Counted from the stretch's first letter, positions 10,432 to 21,175 are shown. The stretch: DNA of 64,000 nucleotides from an uncultured bacterium (GCA_963727525.1 CAVSGO010000004.1:22856-86855); one strand, 5' to 3'. The notes: generated from the letters alone by a model not told the origin. Numbers and translations: made by a program.

Positions 10432-11214
10432 CTAGCCGAAACGTCCGGTCACGTAGTCCTCGGTCTGCTGCTGGCGTGGGTTGGTGAAGATATCCTCCGT
10501 GCGCCCATACTCCACGATCTTGCCCAGATACATGAAGGCCGTGAAATCACTGATGCGCGAAGCCTGCTGCATGTTGTGGGTGACGATGACGATGGTCAGC
10601 GTCTTGCGCAGCTCGATCATCAGCTCCTCGATACGGGCGGTGGCCACAGGGTCGAGGGCCGAGCATGGCTCGTCCATCAGCAGCACCTGCGGGTTGAGGG
10701 CGATCGCGCGGGCGATGCACAGGCGTTGCTGCTGCCCGCCCGAGAGCGCGGTGCCGGTGGCGCGGAGCTTGTCCTTGACCTCGTCGAACAGGGCGGCCTG
10801 GCGAAGCGTCTGCTCCACCCGGTCGTTCAGCTCGCCGCGGTTCATGCGATAGTGCAGCCGCAGCGCGTAGGCGATGTTGTCATAGATGGTCATGGGCAGG
10901 GGACTGGGTTTCTGGAAGATCATGCCCACGTGACGTCGGAGCTGGAGCACGTCCACGGTAGGATCGAGGATGTTGCGGCCGTCGAGCAGGATCTCGCCCG
11001 TCGTGCGCTGATCGCGATAGAGCTGGAAGATCCGATTGTAGGTACGCAGGTGGGTGCTCTTGCCGCACCCTGACGGCCCGATGATGGCCGTGATGCGGTT
11101 GGTCACGACATCCAGGTCGTTGTCGTAGAGAGCCTGGTGCTTGCCGTAGAAGAAGTTCAGCCCCCGCGTGGACACCTTGATCGACGAGGCGGCGGTTGGT
11201 CGCGAATCGGTCAT
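10432..11214 (-). CDS. pstB: Phosphate ABC transporter ATP-binding protein
   Basis: [41 protein letters not shown] end. Confidence 0.95.
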   Translation of the reverse strand: MTDSRPTAASSIKVSTRGLNFFYGKHQALYDNDLDVVTNRITAIIGPSGCGKSTHLRTYNRIFQLYRDQRTTGEILLDGRNILDPTVDVLQLRRHVGMIFQKPSPLPMTIYDNIAYALRLHYRMNRGELNDRVEQTLRQAALFDEVKDKLRATGTALSGGQQQRLCIARAIALNPQVLLMDEPCSALDPVATARIEELMIELRKTLTIVIVTHNMQQASRISDFTAFMYLGKIVEYGRTEDIFTNPRQQQTEDYVTGRFG

Positions 11215-12086
11215 CGTTTCCTCACGTTGAGCAGGAGGCGGGACGCGATCGTGGCCGCCAGCACACCGATGGTGATCACGAGCGAGGCGCCCCATGCCGA
11301 CTGCACCCACGTATCATAAGGGCTCATGGCACGGTGGAAGATGGAGACGGTGAGGTTGGGCGTGGCCCCGCCGAACGACTGGAAGAACCCGTGGGCGGAG
11401 CTGAAGTCGATCCAGTACGGGTTGTCCAGCGAGGTGAACAGGAGAGGCGCCGTCTCGCCGCTGATGCGCGCCACCGCGAGCAGCGCGCCGGTGAGCACCC
11501 CGACCCGCGCCGCGCGCAACAACACGTCGGCCGTGACGCGCCAGCGGGGCACGCCCAGCGCCAGGGCCGCCTCCCGGAGGGAGTGGGGCACCATGAGCAG
11601 CATGTCCTCGGTCGTGCGCGCGACGATCGGGAACATGATGATGGTCAGCGCCGCGGCGCCGGCCCAGCCGGAGAAGCTGCCCAGCGGTCGCACGAGGAGT
11701 GCGTAGACGAACACGCCGATGATGATCGACGGCACGCCGATGAACACGTCAGCGAAGAAATGCACCGTATTGGCCAGCCAGCGTCCCCGGCCGTACTCGG
11801 CCAGGTAGACTCCGGCCAGCAGCCCCAGCGGTACACCGACGGCGGTGGCGAAGGTCGTCATCAGGAGCGTGCCGACCACCGCGTTGCCCATGCCGCCGCC
11901 GGGCACAGCCGGCGGGGCCGGCAGCTTCGTGAAGAAGTCCCAGTTGATGGCCGCCGCGCCCCGCCGGATCACCGTCACGAGGATCCAGGCCAGCATGACA
12001 CACCCGAGGACTGCGGCCATGCCGGCCACGACCTTGCCGACCGCGTCGATCATGCGACGCTGACCGAGAGAACGCTCCCGACTCAC
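11211..12086 (-). CDS. pstA: Phosphate ABC transporter permease PstA
   Basis: GTG start overlapping pstC stop; [32 protein letters not shown]. Confidence 0.93.
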   Translation of the reverse strand: MSRERSLGQRRMIDAVGKVVAGMAAVLGCVMLAWILVTVIRRGAAAINWDFFTKLPAPPAVPGGGMGNAVVGTLLMTTFATAVGVPLGLLAGVYLAEYGRGRWLANTVHFFADVFIGVPSIIIGVFVYALLVRPLGSFSGWAGAAALTIIMFPIVARTTEDMLLMVPHSLREAALALGVPRWRVTADVLLRAARVGVLTGALLAVARISGETAPLLFTSLDNPYWIDFSSAHGFFQSFGGATPNLTVSIFHRAMSPYDTWVQSAWGASLVITIGVLAATIASRLLLNVRKR

Positions 12087-13093
12087 TTGCCGCTCCCTGC
12101 TTGCCTGTCCATCACTTTCAACCAGACCTGCGCCAGTACCTGGACGATGACCGTGATCACCAGCAGCACGAGGCCGAGCTCGATCAGCGAGCTGAGGTAG
12201 AGCGGTTTGTCCGCCTCGGTGAACTCGTTCGCTAGCGTCGAGGAGATGCTGTTGCCGGCTGCAAAGACGGAAGCGCTGATCGAGTGGTTGTTGCCGATGA
12301 CGAAGGTCACGGCCATGGTCTCGCCGAGTGCCCGCCCGAGGCCCAGGAAGACGGCGCCGGCGATGCCCCGTTTGCCGAAGGGGATGGTGACGCGGCGCGT
12401 CACCTCCCAGGTCGTGCTCCCGAGTCCATAGGCCGACTCGCGCAGCACGGATGGCGTCATCGCGAAGACATCGCGGCTGATCGAGGCAATGAAAGGCAGC
12501 ACCATGAGGGCGAGGACGAGACCGGCCGTGAGCATGCCGATGCCCATCGGTGGTCCGCTGAAGAGCGGCAGGCCGCCGGCGATGGCCTTCAACCCGGGCT
12601 GCACGTGGTCTTGCATGAACGGCGCGAAGACGAAGAGGCCCCACATGCCGAAGATGATCGAGGGAATTGCCGCCAGCAGCTCGATCGCGCCTCCCACGGG
12701 CGTTGCGAGCCAGGTCGGTGCCAGTTCCACGAGGAAGAGGGCGATGAGCAGGCTCATCGGCACGGCGATGATCAGGGCGATGGCCGCGGAGACCAGGGTG
12801 CCGTAGGCGCTGCTGAGCGCGCCGAACTCGCCCGTCACCGGGTTCCAGGCATCGCTCGTCAGAAATCGCAAGCCGAATTCCCGCCAGGCGAGGAGCGAGC
12901 CGTGGCCGAGCTGCCAGAACACGCCGGCCACGAGCAAAAGCACGAGGCTGGCGCTGACGGCCACGACCACGTGTGCCACCACGTCGCCGGAGAAACGTCG
13001 CGGCCGCCGCGCCTCGAGAGGACGCGGCGGCTCAGCGATGGCAGGCGCCGGCATGGTTTTCTGCCGCACGTGATCGAGAACTACATCGTCCAC
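12083..13093 (-). CDS. pstC: Phosphate ABC transporter permease PstC
   Basis: WNPVTGEFG, IELLAAIPSIIFGMWG, GRALGETMAV, TLANEF; exact start uncertain. Confidence 0.93.
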   Translation of the reverse strand: MDDVVLDHVRQKTMPAPAIAEPPRPLEARRPRRFSGDVVAHVVVAVSASLVLLLVAGVFWQLGHGSLLAWREFGLRFLTSDAWNPVTGEFGALSSAYGTLVSAAIALIIAVPMSLLIALFLVELAPTWLATPVGGAIELLAAIPSIIFGMWGLFVFAPFMQDHVQPGLKAIAGGLPLFSGPPMGIGMLTAGLVLALMVLPFIASISRDVFAMTPSVLRESAYGLGSTTWEVTRRVTIPFGKRGIAGAVFLGLGRALGETMAVTFVIGNNHSISASVFAAGNSISSTLANEFTEADKPLYLSSLIELGLVLLVITVIVQVLAQVWLKVMDRQAGSGK

Positions 13094-14142
13094 ACCGGCT
13101 TCCCGTCAGCCAGGATCTTGTCGTGCCACATGGACTCGACCAGCTTGACGACGCCGTCGGGAATGGGCACGTAGTGCAGGTCCTCCGACGCAGGGTTCGG
13201 ATTGCGGTAACACCAGTCGAAGAACTTGAGTACCTGACGGGCCGTCTCGGCATTCGTCTGCTGCTTGTGCATCAAGATGAACGTGGCGCCGGTGATCGGC
13301 CAGCTCTCCGTGCCCGGCTGGTCCGTGAGCACCATGTAGAAGCCGGCGGCGTGCGCCCAGTCGGCGCCGGCCGCGGCCGCCTGGAAGGCTCCGGACGTGG
13401 GGCTGACGTAACTTCCCTCGTGGTTGCGTAGCTTCACGTTGGCCATCTTGTTCTGCAGGCAGTAGGCGTACTCGACGTAGCCGATGGAGCCCTTCACGCG
13501 CTCCACGTACGTGGCCACGCCCTCGTTGCCCTTGCCACCCACGCCCACGGGCCAGGAAACAGCCTTGTCGTTGCCGACCTTCGACTTCCACTCGGGGCTG
13601 ACCTTGCTCAGATAGTTGGTGAAGATCCAGGTGGTGCCCGAGCCGTCGGCGCGATGGACCACGGTGATGTCGGCGCTCGGGAGCGTCACGCCCGGGTTCT
13701 CGCCGGCGATGGCCTGGTCGTTCCACGTCGTGATCTTGCCGAGGAAGATGCCGGCGAGGGTCTCGCCGGTGAGGCGGATCTGGTCGGCCGCGATCCCCTC
13801 CAGGTGCACGACCGGCACCACGCCACCCATCGTCATCGGCCACTGCACGAGGCCATCGGCTTCGAGATCCTCGGCGGTGAGCGGGGCGTCGGAGGCGCCG
13901 AAATCCACGGTCTTCGCCTTGATCTGGGCGATGCCTCCACCGGAACCGATCGACTGGTAATTCAGCTTCACGCCGGTCTTGCCCTCATAGTCGTAGGCCC
14001 AGCGCGAATAGAGCGGAAACGGGAACGTGGCGCCGGCGCCGGTGATCGTGACGTTGTCGGCCTGGACCGTGGACACGTGGTTCAGGCTCAGCAGGGCGGC
14101 GCCGAGTACCAGCGCTACCAGGAACATCGAACGCACTCGCAT
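13081..14142 (-). CDS. pstS: Phosphate-binding protein PstS (E. coli type)
   Basis: Signal peptide; GAGATFP, YQSIGSGGG, DFGASD, RADGSGTT, GKGNEGV. Confidence 0.95.
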   Translation of the reverse strand: MRVRSMFLVALVLGAALLSLNHVSTVQADNVTITGAGATFPFPLYSRWAYDYEGKTGVKLNYQSIGSGGGIAQIKAKTVDFGASDAPLTAEDLEADGLVQWPMTMGGVVPVVHLEGIAADQIRLTGETLAGIFLGKITTWNDQAIAGENPGVTLPSADITVVHRADGSGTTWIFTNYLSKVSPEWKSKVGNDKAVSWPVGVGGKGNEGVATYVERVKGSIGYVEYAYCLQNKMANVKLRNHEGSYVSPTSGAFQAAAAGADWAHAAGFYMVLTDQPGTESWPITGATFILMHKQQTNAETARQVLKFFDWCYRNPNPASEDLHYVPIPDGVVKLVESMWHDKILADGKPVWTM

Positions 14143-14214
14143 GAAGGAATCCTCCCGGGAGAAGGTCGATTGCCACTCGAGGCAGCGCCTGCCGTGGCAC
14201 ACGCCGACAGACTA

Positions 14215-14250
14215 GTCACGGTTTGTTAGCGACTCGTTAATTTCTGGAAA
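14215..14250 (-). promoter_or_regulatory. Putative Pho box upstream of pstS (operon 1)
   Basis: Minus strand TTTCCA-GAAA-TTAACG-AGTCG-CTAACA-AACC-GTGAC, 10-11 bp periodic. Confidence 0.55.
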
Positions 14251-14311
14251 ATGACGCTGCGGGTGCAGGATCGGCGTTCCTGCGCCCGCAAACGACGACG
14301 ATCAGGCGAAA

Positions 14312-15430
14312 TCAGCAGTGTGCCGCGATCGCGGCGGCCATCTCCATCGTCTTGGCGTCGCCGCCCATGTCGTAGGTCCGCACGTCGCCTTCGGCCAGCA
14401 CGGCGGCCACCGCGTTCTCGAGCTGGGCCGCGAGGGCGGCCTCGCCGAGGAAGTCGAGCATCATCTTGGCCGACAGGATCGTGGCGATGGGATTGGCCTT
14501 GTTGAGGCCGGCATGCTTCGGGGCGGAACCATGCGTGGGCTCGAACACCGCCACCTTCTCGCCGATATTTCCGGAGCAGCCGAAGCCCAGGCCGCCCACC
14601 ATCTGGGCACAGAGGTCGCTGACGACGTCGCCGTAGAGATTGGGCGCGACCAGCACGTCGTAGTTGAAGGGGTTCTTCAGCAGCCACATGGTCATGGCGT
14701 CGATGTTCGCATCATCCATCGCGATATCCGGGTACTCCCGGGCCACGCTCTTGCCGATCTCCAGGAACATGCCGTCGGTGGCGCGCACGACGTTGGCCTT
14801 GTGCACGACCGTGACCTTCTTGCGCCCGTGCTGCCTGGCGAATTCGAACGCGGCGCGGATGATCCGTTCGCTGCCTTTGCGGGTGTTGATCTTGCACGAC
14901 ACCGCGAACTCGTCGCCCGGCAGCTTGGCGAAGGGCGCGAAATTCGGCGTCAGGCTATTCAGCGTGTCGCGCAGGGTGTCGGGAACCGGGTTGAACTCGA
15001 CGCCGGAGTAGAGGTCCTCCGTGTTCTCGCGGAAGACGACGATGTCGATACCTTCCCTGAAGTTCAGGGGGTTGCCTGGATAGGCCTTGCAGGGGCGCAG
15101 GCAGACGAAGAGATCGAATCGCTGGCGCATCCGCACGATGGGCGATCGGTACACGAGGCCCGTGCCGCGCAGAGCCGGCGCGAGTTCGGCTTCCGCGGCC
15201 TTCACCGGTTTCGACGTGATGGCGCCGAACATGGCCGCGTCGACGTCCTGTAGGAGATCGATCGTGCGCGCCGGCAGGGGGTCGCCTTCCTGGCACCAGA
15301 ACTCCCAGCCGATGTCGCCGTGGACGTACTCGGCCGCGAAGCCAAGCTTGTCCAGCACGAAGCGTGCCGCCTCCATCACCTCGATGCCGATGCCATCGCC
15401 GGGCAGCCAGCCGATCCGGTACTTCGCCAT
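14312..15430 (-). CDS. Isocitrate/isopropylmalate/homoisocitrate dehydrogenase family protein
   Basis: LPGDGIGIEV, RENTEDLY, VHKANV, PNLYGDVVSDL, FEPTHGSAP, ANPIATILS. Confidence 0.9.
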   Translation of the reverse strand: MAKYRIGWLPGDGIGIEVMEAARFVLDKLGFAAEYVHGDIGWEFWCQEGDPLPARTIDLLQDVDAAMFGAITSKPVKAAEAELAPALRGTGLVYRSPIVRMRQRFDLFVCLRPCKAYPGNPLNFREGIDIVVFRENTEDLYSGVEFNPVPDTLRDTLNSLTPNFAPFAKLPGDEFAVSCKINTRKGSERIIRAAFEFARQHGRKKVTVVHKANVVRATDGMFLEIGKSVAREYPDIAMDDANIDAMTMWLLKNPFNYDVLVAPNLYGDVVSDLCAQMVGGLGFGCSGNIGEKVAVFEPTHGSAPKHAGLNKANPIATILSAKMMLDFLGEAALAAQLENAVAAVLAEGDVRTYDMGGDAKTMEMAAAIAAHC

Positions 15431-15554
15431 CTCAGGTCCTTTCGCCGTCATATCGCGCGGTCGAGCGTCCGGGGCGCCAGCCGGTGGCCGACGCCCTTGC
15501 CATGATCGAGCCAAGATAGCTGCCGGGACGGGCGGGTTCAAACCCCTACGACGG

Positions 15555-16820
15555 TCAGTTGTCGTCGGCGTGGATGGTCTGCTCCGCCACGGCGCGCAGG
15601 GCCTCGATCCGCGGCGTGGCGGCGAGGATGCGATTGCGCGCATCCAAGCGGTGGGTCAGCGAGATCGCGATCGCCGCGTAGAGGATCGGCAGAGCGAACG
15701 CCAGATAGCGTCGCCAGCGCCGTACGGCGAGCAGCTTGAAGGTTCCCAGGGCTCCGGCGCTGAGCGTGACGCAGAACCCCAGGCTTGCGAGGTAGAGGTG
15801 CCCCAGATTGAGCCAGCGGCCCGACTGGGAGAAGCCGCTGAACGGTAGCAGCGTGATGAACGTCCAGGCGATGAAGAAACGAAGCGGGTTGTTCCCGAAG
15901 ACGAAGCCGAAGACGCTGAACGACACGATCGCCAGGGTCAGGAGCGGATAGACGAGAATCCGCACCTCGAAGAGCTTGTGCATCACCGGTCCTGCCGCGG
16001 CGAGCAGGTTGCTCTCCTGCAGCGGCAGCAGCATGAGATTGAGATAGCGGAAAATATTTTCGACCGACGTGAGGGTATACGACACGGGCCCGGCATCGGC
16101 CACCATCACGGTCGGGCCGCGATAGCCGAACTGCGCCTGGCCGATCTGGAAGACGAGTCCCACGACGAGGAATACGATGAGATCGACCGAGAGGATCGTC
16201 CGCCGGCCCCGGCGCACGTAGAAGAACGCCTTGTAGGCGATCAGGCAGCCGAGGATCGACATGGTCGACGCCTTCGTCAGACCGGCCAGACCGTAGAACA
16301 GGAGCCCCATCAGGAAGTACCACGAACGCACCCGCCCCTCGCCGCGGAAGTCGTTGCGGATGAAGAGATAGAGCACGAGAAGATGGAAGAATCCGAGGAG
16401 GAGGCCCTCGAGGCCGGTCACGGATTGCAGCAGCCGGCCGTAGCTTCCCACGCCGACGCTGAACAACAAGGCCGCCAGCAGGGCCATGCGCGGCCGGAAG
16501 AACAGCAAGTTCACCAGCATGTACACGATGAAGGCGTTGAGTGTGTGCATGACGAGGTTCACGCCTATGTACCCACCATAGTGCAGGCCGAAGGCGGAGT
16601 ACTCCACGAGGAAGGCGATCTGCAGCAGGAGCTGGCTGAAGTAGGCGCCGATGTGCCCGAACATGAGCCAGGGATCGTGGGCGAGGAGGTGGGCGTCCTG
16701 GATGATCTGCAGGTCCAGCGGATCGGAGAAGGTGCCCGTCATCAGGTGGCCGAAGGCCACGAAGACCACGACAAGCAGAACCAGCAAGATCGGACCATGG
16801 ACTTTCAGGTAGCGGAGCAT
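15555..16820 (-). CDS. Multi-TM membrane protein, possible GT-C-fold glycosyltransferase
   Basis: About 11 TM helices; acidic residues in first loop; GYIGVNLVMHTLNA; LAGLTKAS; HLYLAS. Confidence 0.5.
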   Translation of the reverse strand: MLRYLKVHGPILLVLLVVVFVAFGHLMTGTFSDPLDLQIIQDAHLLAHDPWLMFGHIGAYFSQLLLQIAFLVEYSAFGLHYGGYIGVNLVMHTLNAFIVYMLVNLLFFRPRMALLAALLFSVGVGSYGRLLQSVTGLEGLLLGFFHLLVLYLFIRNDFRGEGRVRSWYFLMGLLFYGLAGLTKASTMSILGCLIAYKAFFYVRRGRRTILSVDLIVFLVVGLVFQIGQAQFGYRGPTVMVADAGPVSYTLTSVENIFRYLNLMLLPLQESNLLAAAGPVMHKLFEVRILVYPLLTLAIVSFSVFGFVFGNNPLRFFIAWTFITLLPFSGFSQSGRWLNLGHLYLASLGFCVTLSAGALGTFKLLAVRRWRRYLAFALPILYAAIAISLTHRLDARNRILAATPRIEALRAVAEQTIHADDN

Positions 16821-16883
16821 GGACGCCTGATGCTTCTTGGTCAGGGGTTGATGCAGTCGAGTCCCGGTCCGTCGAAAGGTGAC

Positions 16884-18497
16884 ATGGTGGCGGCTTTTCG
16901 TCCAGTCCTCGTGCGTACTCTCCGGCTTGCGGACAGGATCGTTCCGGTTGGTCTACTGGCACTCGCTCTATTCACCAGCGCTGGCGAGGGCGGGGCCTCG
17001 GCGGCACCTGCCGCGCCGGTGCCGGGCGACGGCCCCTTCGACGTGACCCTCTTTCACACCAACGACATCCATGGCGGCTTCCTGCCCGCACCGGCGAGCT
17101 GGCGTCCGGATCGAGCCGAGGTGGGCGGCGTCGTCGCTCTGGCCCGGCACCTCGCCCACGAGCGGCGGACGGCGGCACCGGTGATGGTGATGGTGGACGC
17201 CGGCGATTTCATGACGGGCAATCCCGTGACGGCCCTGTCTGACGACGGCGTCATCGGCACCGCCATGGCGGCACTCCTCGGCGATTTCCCGTACGACGCC
17301 GGCGTGGTCGGGAACCACGAGTTCGACACGGGGAGCGCGAACGTGGTGCGCCTGGCGGCCCGGTTCCCATATCCGCTCCTCGCGGCCGACCTCGTCGACA
17401 CCGCGGGGGCTCCGCTGGTCCGTACCGAGCCCGTGGTGGTGGAGCGCGAGGGGCTGAAGATCGGCATCATGGGCGTGTCCTGCGCCTCTCTGCGCGACCT
17501 CTGCGCGGAGAGCCGTCTGGTGGACGTCGTCCTGCGCGACCAGGTGCCCGTGCTGCGTGCCCAGCTCGCCGATCTGGTGCCCCGCACCGATCTGCAGATC
17601 CTCATCACGCATGACGGCGTGGACGGCGATCGCGACCTCGCGCATCGCCTGGCCGACACCGGACTGGACGTGATCGTCGGCGGACATAGCCACACGCGCC
17701 TGGAGGAGCCGCTGGACGTGGACGGCATCCTCGTGGTGCAGGCCGGCAGCAATCTCAAGAATCTCGGCCGCCTCGATCTCGCCCTCGACGACGGCCACGT
17801 GACCCGGTACCGCGGGGCCCTGATCGAGTTGACGGCCGATTCCACGGTGGGCCCCGCACCCGAGCCGCTGATCGCCGCCGTGGAGCACGACGAGGCTGCG
17901 ATCCAGGAGACCTACGGCAAGTCGGTGGGCGAGCTGGCCGTGCCGTGGCGGCGCAATTCGCAAGGGGAGAGCAACCTGGGCGATTGGCTCTGCGATCGCC
18001 TGCGCGAGCGTGCCGGCGCCGAAGTCGCCTTCGTCAACAGCGGTGGGATCCGGCGCGGACTCGAACCCGGTCCGATCACCCTGCTCGACATTTACGAGAT
18101 GCTCCCGTTCGCCAACGCCCTCGTCGTACTCGACATGGGCGGCGGCGATCTGAGGACGATCGCTCGGGCGAACGCGCAGGCGGCGCTCGACAGATCCTAT
18201 GGGATCCTGCAGGTCTCCGGTCTGACGTATGCCTACCGCGAGCTGGACGGGCGGGCGGAACTGGTGGATGTGCGTGTGGGAGGACGGCCCTTGCAGGACG
18301 GCCAGACCTACCGCGTGGCGTTACCCGACTACGTGGCTCAGATGCGCCACGTCTACCTCGCCGACGTCGCGCTGCCGCCGTACCGCGAGGTCGGTGGCAC
18401 GCTCTACGACGCGATCGTGGCCGCGCTCGCGGACACGCGAGGTCCGGTGCGCAGCGAGATCGAGGGGCGGATGCGCCAGGTCGAGACGGCCGACTGA
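16884..18497 (+). CDS. 5'-nucleotidase / UDP-sugar hydrolase (metallophosphoesterase plus C-terminal domain)
   Basis: HTNDIHG, DAGD, GNHEFD, GGHSH, NSGGIR, LPFAN; signal peptide; start approximate. Confidence 0.9.
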   Translation: MVAAFRPVLVRTLRLADRIVPVGLLALALFTSAGEGGASAAPAAPVPGDGPFDVTLFHTNDIHGGFLPAPASWRPDRAEVGGVVALARHLAHERRTAAPVMVMVDAGDFMTGNPVTALSDDGVIGTAMAALLGDFPYDAGVVGNHEFDTGSANVVRLAARFPYPLLAADLVDTAGAPLVRTEPVVVEREGLKIGIMGVSCASLRDLCAESRLVDVVLRDQVPVLRAQLADLVPRTDLQILITHDGVDGDRDLAHRLADTGLDVIVGGHSHTRLEEPLDVDGILVVQAGSNLKNLGRLDLALDDGHVTRYRGALIELTADSTVGPAPEPLIAAVEHDEAAIQETYGKSVGELAVPWRRNSQGESNLGDWLCDRLRERAGAEVAFVNSGGIRRGLEPGPITLLDIYEMLPFANALVVLDMGGGDLRTIARANAQAALDRSYGILQVSGLTYAYRELDGRAELVDVRVGGRPLQDGQTYRVALPDYVAQMRHVYLADVALPPYREVGGTLYDAIVAALADTRGPVRSEIEGRMRQVETAD

Positions 18498-18670
18498 CCC
18501 GCGGCTCGCCGGGCGGGTTGATGTGAGGATTTCGTTTCCACGCGCCCTTTTCCGGCTACGGGATTGGTGGGAGTTCTCACGGCCGGCCCTTTTCCTGGCG
18601 TTTTTTTGTAAGTTGTTGTTGTGCAATGTTCCAGGATGATATCGCACAGGCGCTATCACGTCATCCTCAT

Positions 18671-18708
18671 GGCCTACGCACTGGCGGTGGGGTAGGCCCC
18701 ATCTTTTT
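18671..18708 (+). terminator. Hairpin plus T-tract, putative intrinsic terminator
   Basis: GGCCTAC...GTAGGCC followed by CCATCTTTTT. Confidence 0.45.
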
Positions 18709-18941
18709 CACCCTCGCGCGGCGGTGTGTGATAGCGTCGACGAAACACCGATCGGAGCGGGGACGTACGATGGAACCGCCGCCAGGACACGAAACCCAGG
18801 ACCCGAACAGGAGCTGACTGGAAAGACAACGTCGCAACCGCACCGCCCCGAAGACAGCAGCTCCTTCAGGCCCCCCGATCTCCCGGGCCCCCTGCCGCGG
18901 CACCACGCTTCGGCCGCAGGCCGTCGCAAGGAGGAGCAATC

Positions 18942-19427
18942 ATGGCAGCGCACATTTTCAGTGTCGATTACTACTACACGATGGTCGAGGACCAGCCTGG
19001 GCAGGGCTGCCGGTTTCTCAAGGTCCTCGCATCGGAGGAAGTGAATCTCCTTGCCTTCAATGCGTTTCCCCTCGGACACGACAAGACCCAGCTCGTGATC
19101 TATCCTCTGAACGCCACCTGGCTGGCCGAGGTGGCGCGCCGCCAGGGGCTCACGCTGAATGGCCCCCACCACGCGTTTCTCGTGCAGGGCGACGACGAGC
19201 TGGGCGCCCTGCTGACGATTCACCAGAAGCTCTGCAACTCCAGCATCAACGTGGCGAGCAGCACCGGGGTCGTCGACGGCCGCGGCGGGTACCGCTACAT
19301 CCTGCACGTGCATCCGGAGAACTTCGAGACCGCGCAGAAGGTGCTGGGAGTCGAGCAGAATCTGCAGCGCTGGGCCGACTTCCATCTCAAGCTGCCGCGG
19401 CGATTCGAGGCCAAGGCGGTCGGCTAG
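18942..19427 (+). CDS. Tandem ACT-domain protein
   Basis: Strong RBS AAGGAGGAG; two ACT-like halves VEDQPGQG...EEVNL and QGDDELGAL...SSINV. Confidence 0.75.
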   Translation: MAAHIFSVDYYYTMVEDQPGQGCRFLKVLASEEVNLLAFNAFPLGHDKTQLVIYPLNATWLAEVARRQGLTLNGPHHAFLVQGDDELGALLTIHQKLCNSSINVASSTGVVDGRGGYRYILHVHPENFETAQKVLGVEQNLQRWADFHLKLPRRFEAKAVG

Positions 19428-19563
19428 GATGGACTCGGGGCACCCCTGACGGCGTCGCCGGCTGGCTCTCGGGGCGGGCGGCGCCGTCGTCCCGGGCTTG
19501 CCCCGACGGGGGCGCTGCGGCTACCTTGCCACCTTGCCTGTCACGTGGCGAGGTAGCGTCCGG

Positions 19564-20373
19564 ATGATCCAGCCCACCGATATCCACGACCGTGACCGCA
19601 CGACTGGTCAGGTGCGCGACCCGCAGGCCCATGCCCGGGCGGTGCGGTCGATGTTTGCGCGCATCAGTGGCGTGTACGACAGGATGAATCACCTCCTGTC
19701 GCTGAACCTCGATCGCCGCTGGCGGCGGCACGTGGCTACCCGCCTCGACGACGACGTGTGGGAGATCCTGGATCTGTGCGCCGGCACCGGCGACCTCGCG
19801 CTGGCTTGCCGCGCCGCCGGCCGCGGCCGGGCCTGGCTGGCGATGGATTTCACGCCCGAGATGCTGCGCCGCGGCAAGCCCAAGCCCGGTGGCGAGGCGC
19901 TTGCTTGGGTGGCCGGCGATGGACTCGGCCTGCCGCTGTGCGATGCGTGTGTCGACGCCGTGGTCGTGGGGTTCGGCGTGCGCAACCTGGCGGACCTCCG
20001 GGGCGGCGTGCGCGAGATGGCGCGTGTCCTGCGGCCCGGCGGCCAGCTCCTCGTGCTCGACTTCTTTCGCGCCGATCCCGACGGCGTTGGCGAACTTCGC
20101 GGTCCGCGCCGTGCCGTCCGCGCGCTGCTCGGACTGGCGGTGCCTCTGCTGGGCCGGCTCGCAGGTGGCGACGGTGCGGCCTACGGCTACCTGCCCGCGA
20201 GCATGGATCGGTTCGTCACGCCGCGGGATTTCGGCGAGCTGTTGCGCGAAGCGGGGTTTGCGGAGATCGTCGTGGCGCGCCAGACGTTGGGCGTGGCGCA
20301 TATCGTCGGTGGGCGGTTCCCCTTGCCCGCGTGGGACGGACCCGGTCAGGCTCACTCCCGCCAGAAGATGTGA
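19564..20373 (+). CDS. UbiE/MenG family quinone biosynthesis methyltransferase
   Basis: MFARISGVYDRMNHLLS...WR; LDLCAGTGD; FGVRN; EMARVLRPGG; YGYLPAS. Confidence 0.88.
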   Translation: MIQPTDIHDRDRTTGQVRDPQAHARAVRSMFARISGVYDRMNHLLSLNLDRRWRRHVATRLDDDVWEILDLCAGTGDLALACRAAGRGRAWLAMDFTPEMLRRGKPKPGGEALAWVAGDGLGLPLCDACVDAVVVGFGVRNLADLRGGVREMARVLRPGGQLLVLDFFRADPDGVGELRGPRRAVRALLGLAVPLLGRLAGGDGAAYGYLPASMDRFVTPRDFGELLREAGFAEIVVARQTLGVAHIVGGRFPLPAWDGPGQAHSRQKM

Positions 20374-21167
20374 AAGCCGTAGTCCGTCTCCACGACCGGG
20401 GAGACGGTGTCGGGTGCCAGGGAGAAGAGCACGTCGTCGACGTCCTGGGCGAGCACCCCGGGTTCCACCAGCCCCAGGTCGCCGCAATCGAGGCGGCTGT
20501 GCGGATCGTCCGAGTACCTGCGGGCGAGTGCGCAAAGATCGGCGCCTGGCGCGGCCGCTTCCTTCTGCAATGCCGTGGCCTCGCGCAGCGCCTCGTCACG
20601 GGTACGCGTGACGCCGGCCGCGGCCTTGGACGCCTCGCGCCAGGCGACGAGAATGTGGTGGGCATGGACGCGGCGCACGGGGTCGCGACGGATCACGTGC
20701 CAGCCGTACGTCGTCTCGATGGGTTCACTGATGGCTCCTTCCGCCAGGTTGAACACCGTGGTCTCGAAGAGCGGGTCCATCTCGCCGTGATGGAAGATCC
20801 CCACGTACCCGCCGTTTCGCGCCACCGTGGGGTCGTCGGAATACTTGCGCGCCAGGTTGGAGAAATCGCCGCGCCCGGTGCGCAGCAGCACCGCGATGTG
20901 GCGTGCGCGTTCCTCGGCCTGCGCGCGGGTGCGCGTGACGCCTGCCGGACAGTCGCGGCAGCCGGTGTAGGCCACGAGAATGTGGCTGGCCGCTGCCTCC
21001 TCGACGCCCTTCGCCGTCGCGCGCGCTTGCGCCTCGTTGGTTTGCCGCGCCGCGGCGTGGTGGCTCGAAAGGCGGCAACCGACGAGCAAAGACATCGATG
21101 CGAGACCAGCCAGACTCGCCAGCAGGATGCACCGTGATCGTGGGGATGTGTGGTGTTTCGTGATCAT
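20352..21167 (-). CDS. Parvulin-type peptidyl-prolyl isomerase with two PpiC domains, probable lipoprotein
   Basis: ASHILV...LARKYSDDP...ETTYGWHVI and HHILV...RYSDDP...ETDYGFHI; LVGC lipobox. Confidence 0.88.
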   Translation of the reverse strand: MITKHHTSPRSRCILLASLAGLASMSLLVGCRLSSHHAAARQTNEAQARATAKGVEEAAASHILVAYTGCRDCPAGVTRTRAQAEERARHIAVLLRTGRGDFSNLARKYSDDPTVARNGGYVGIFHHGEMDPLFETTVFNLAEGAISEPIETTYGWHVIRRDPVRRVHAHHILVAWREASKAAAGVTRTRDEALREATALQKEAAAPGADLCALARRYSDDPHSRLDCGDLGLVEPGVLAQDVDDVLFSLAPDTVSPVVETDYGFHIFWRE

Positions 21168-21175
21168 CGTCGTGG

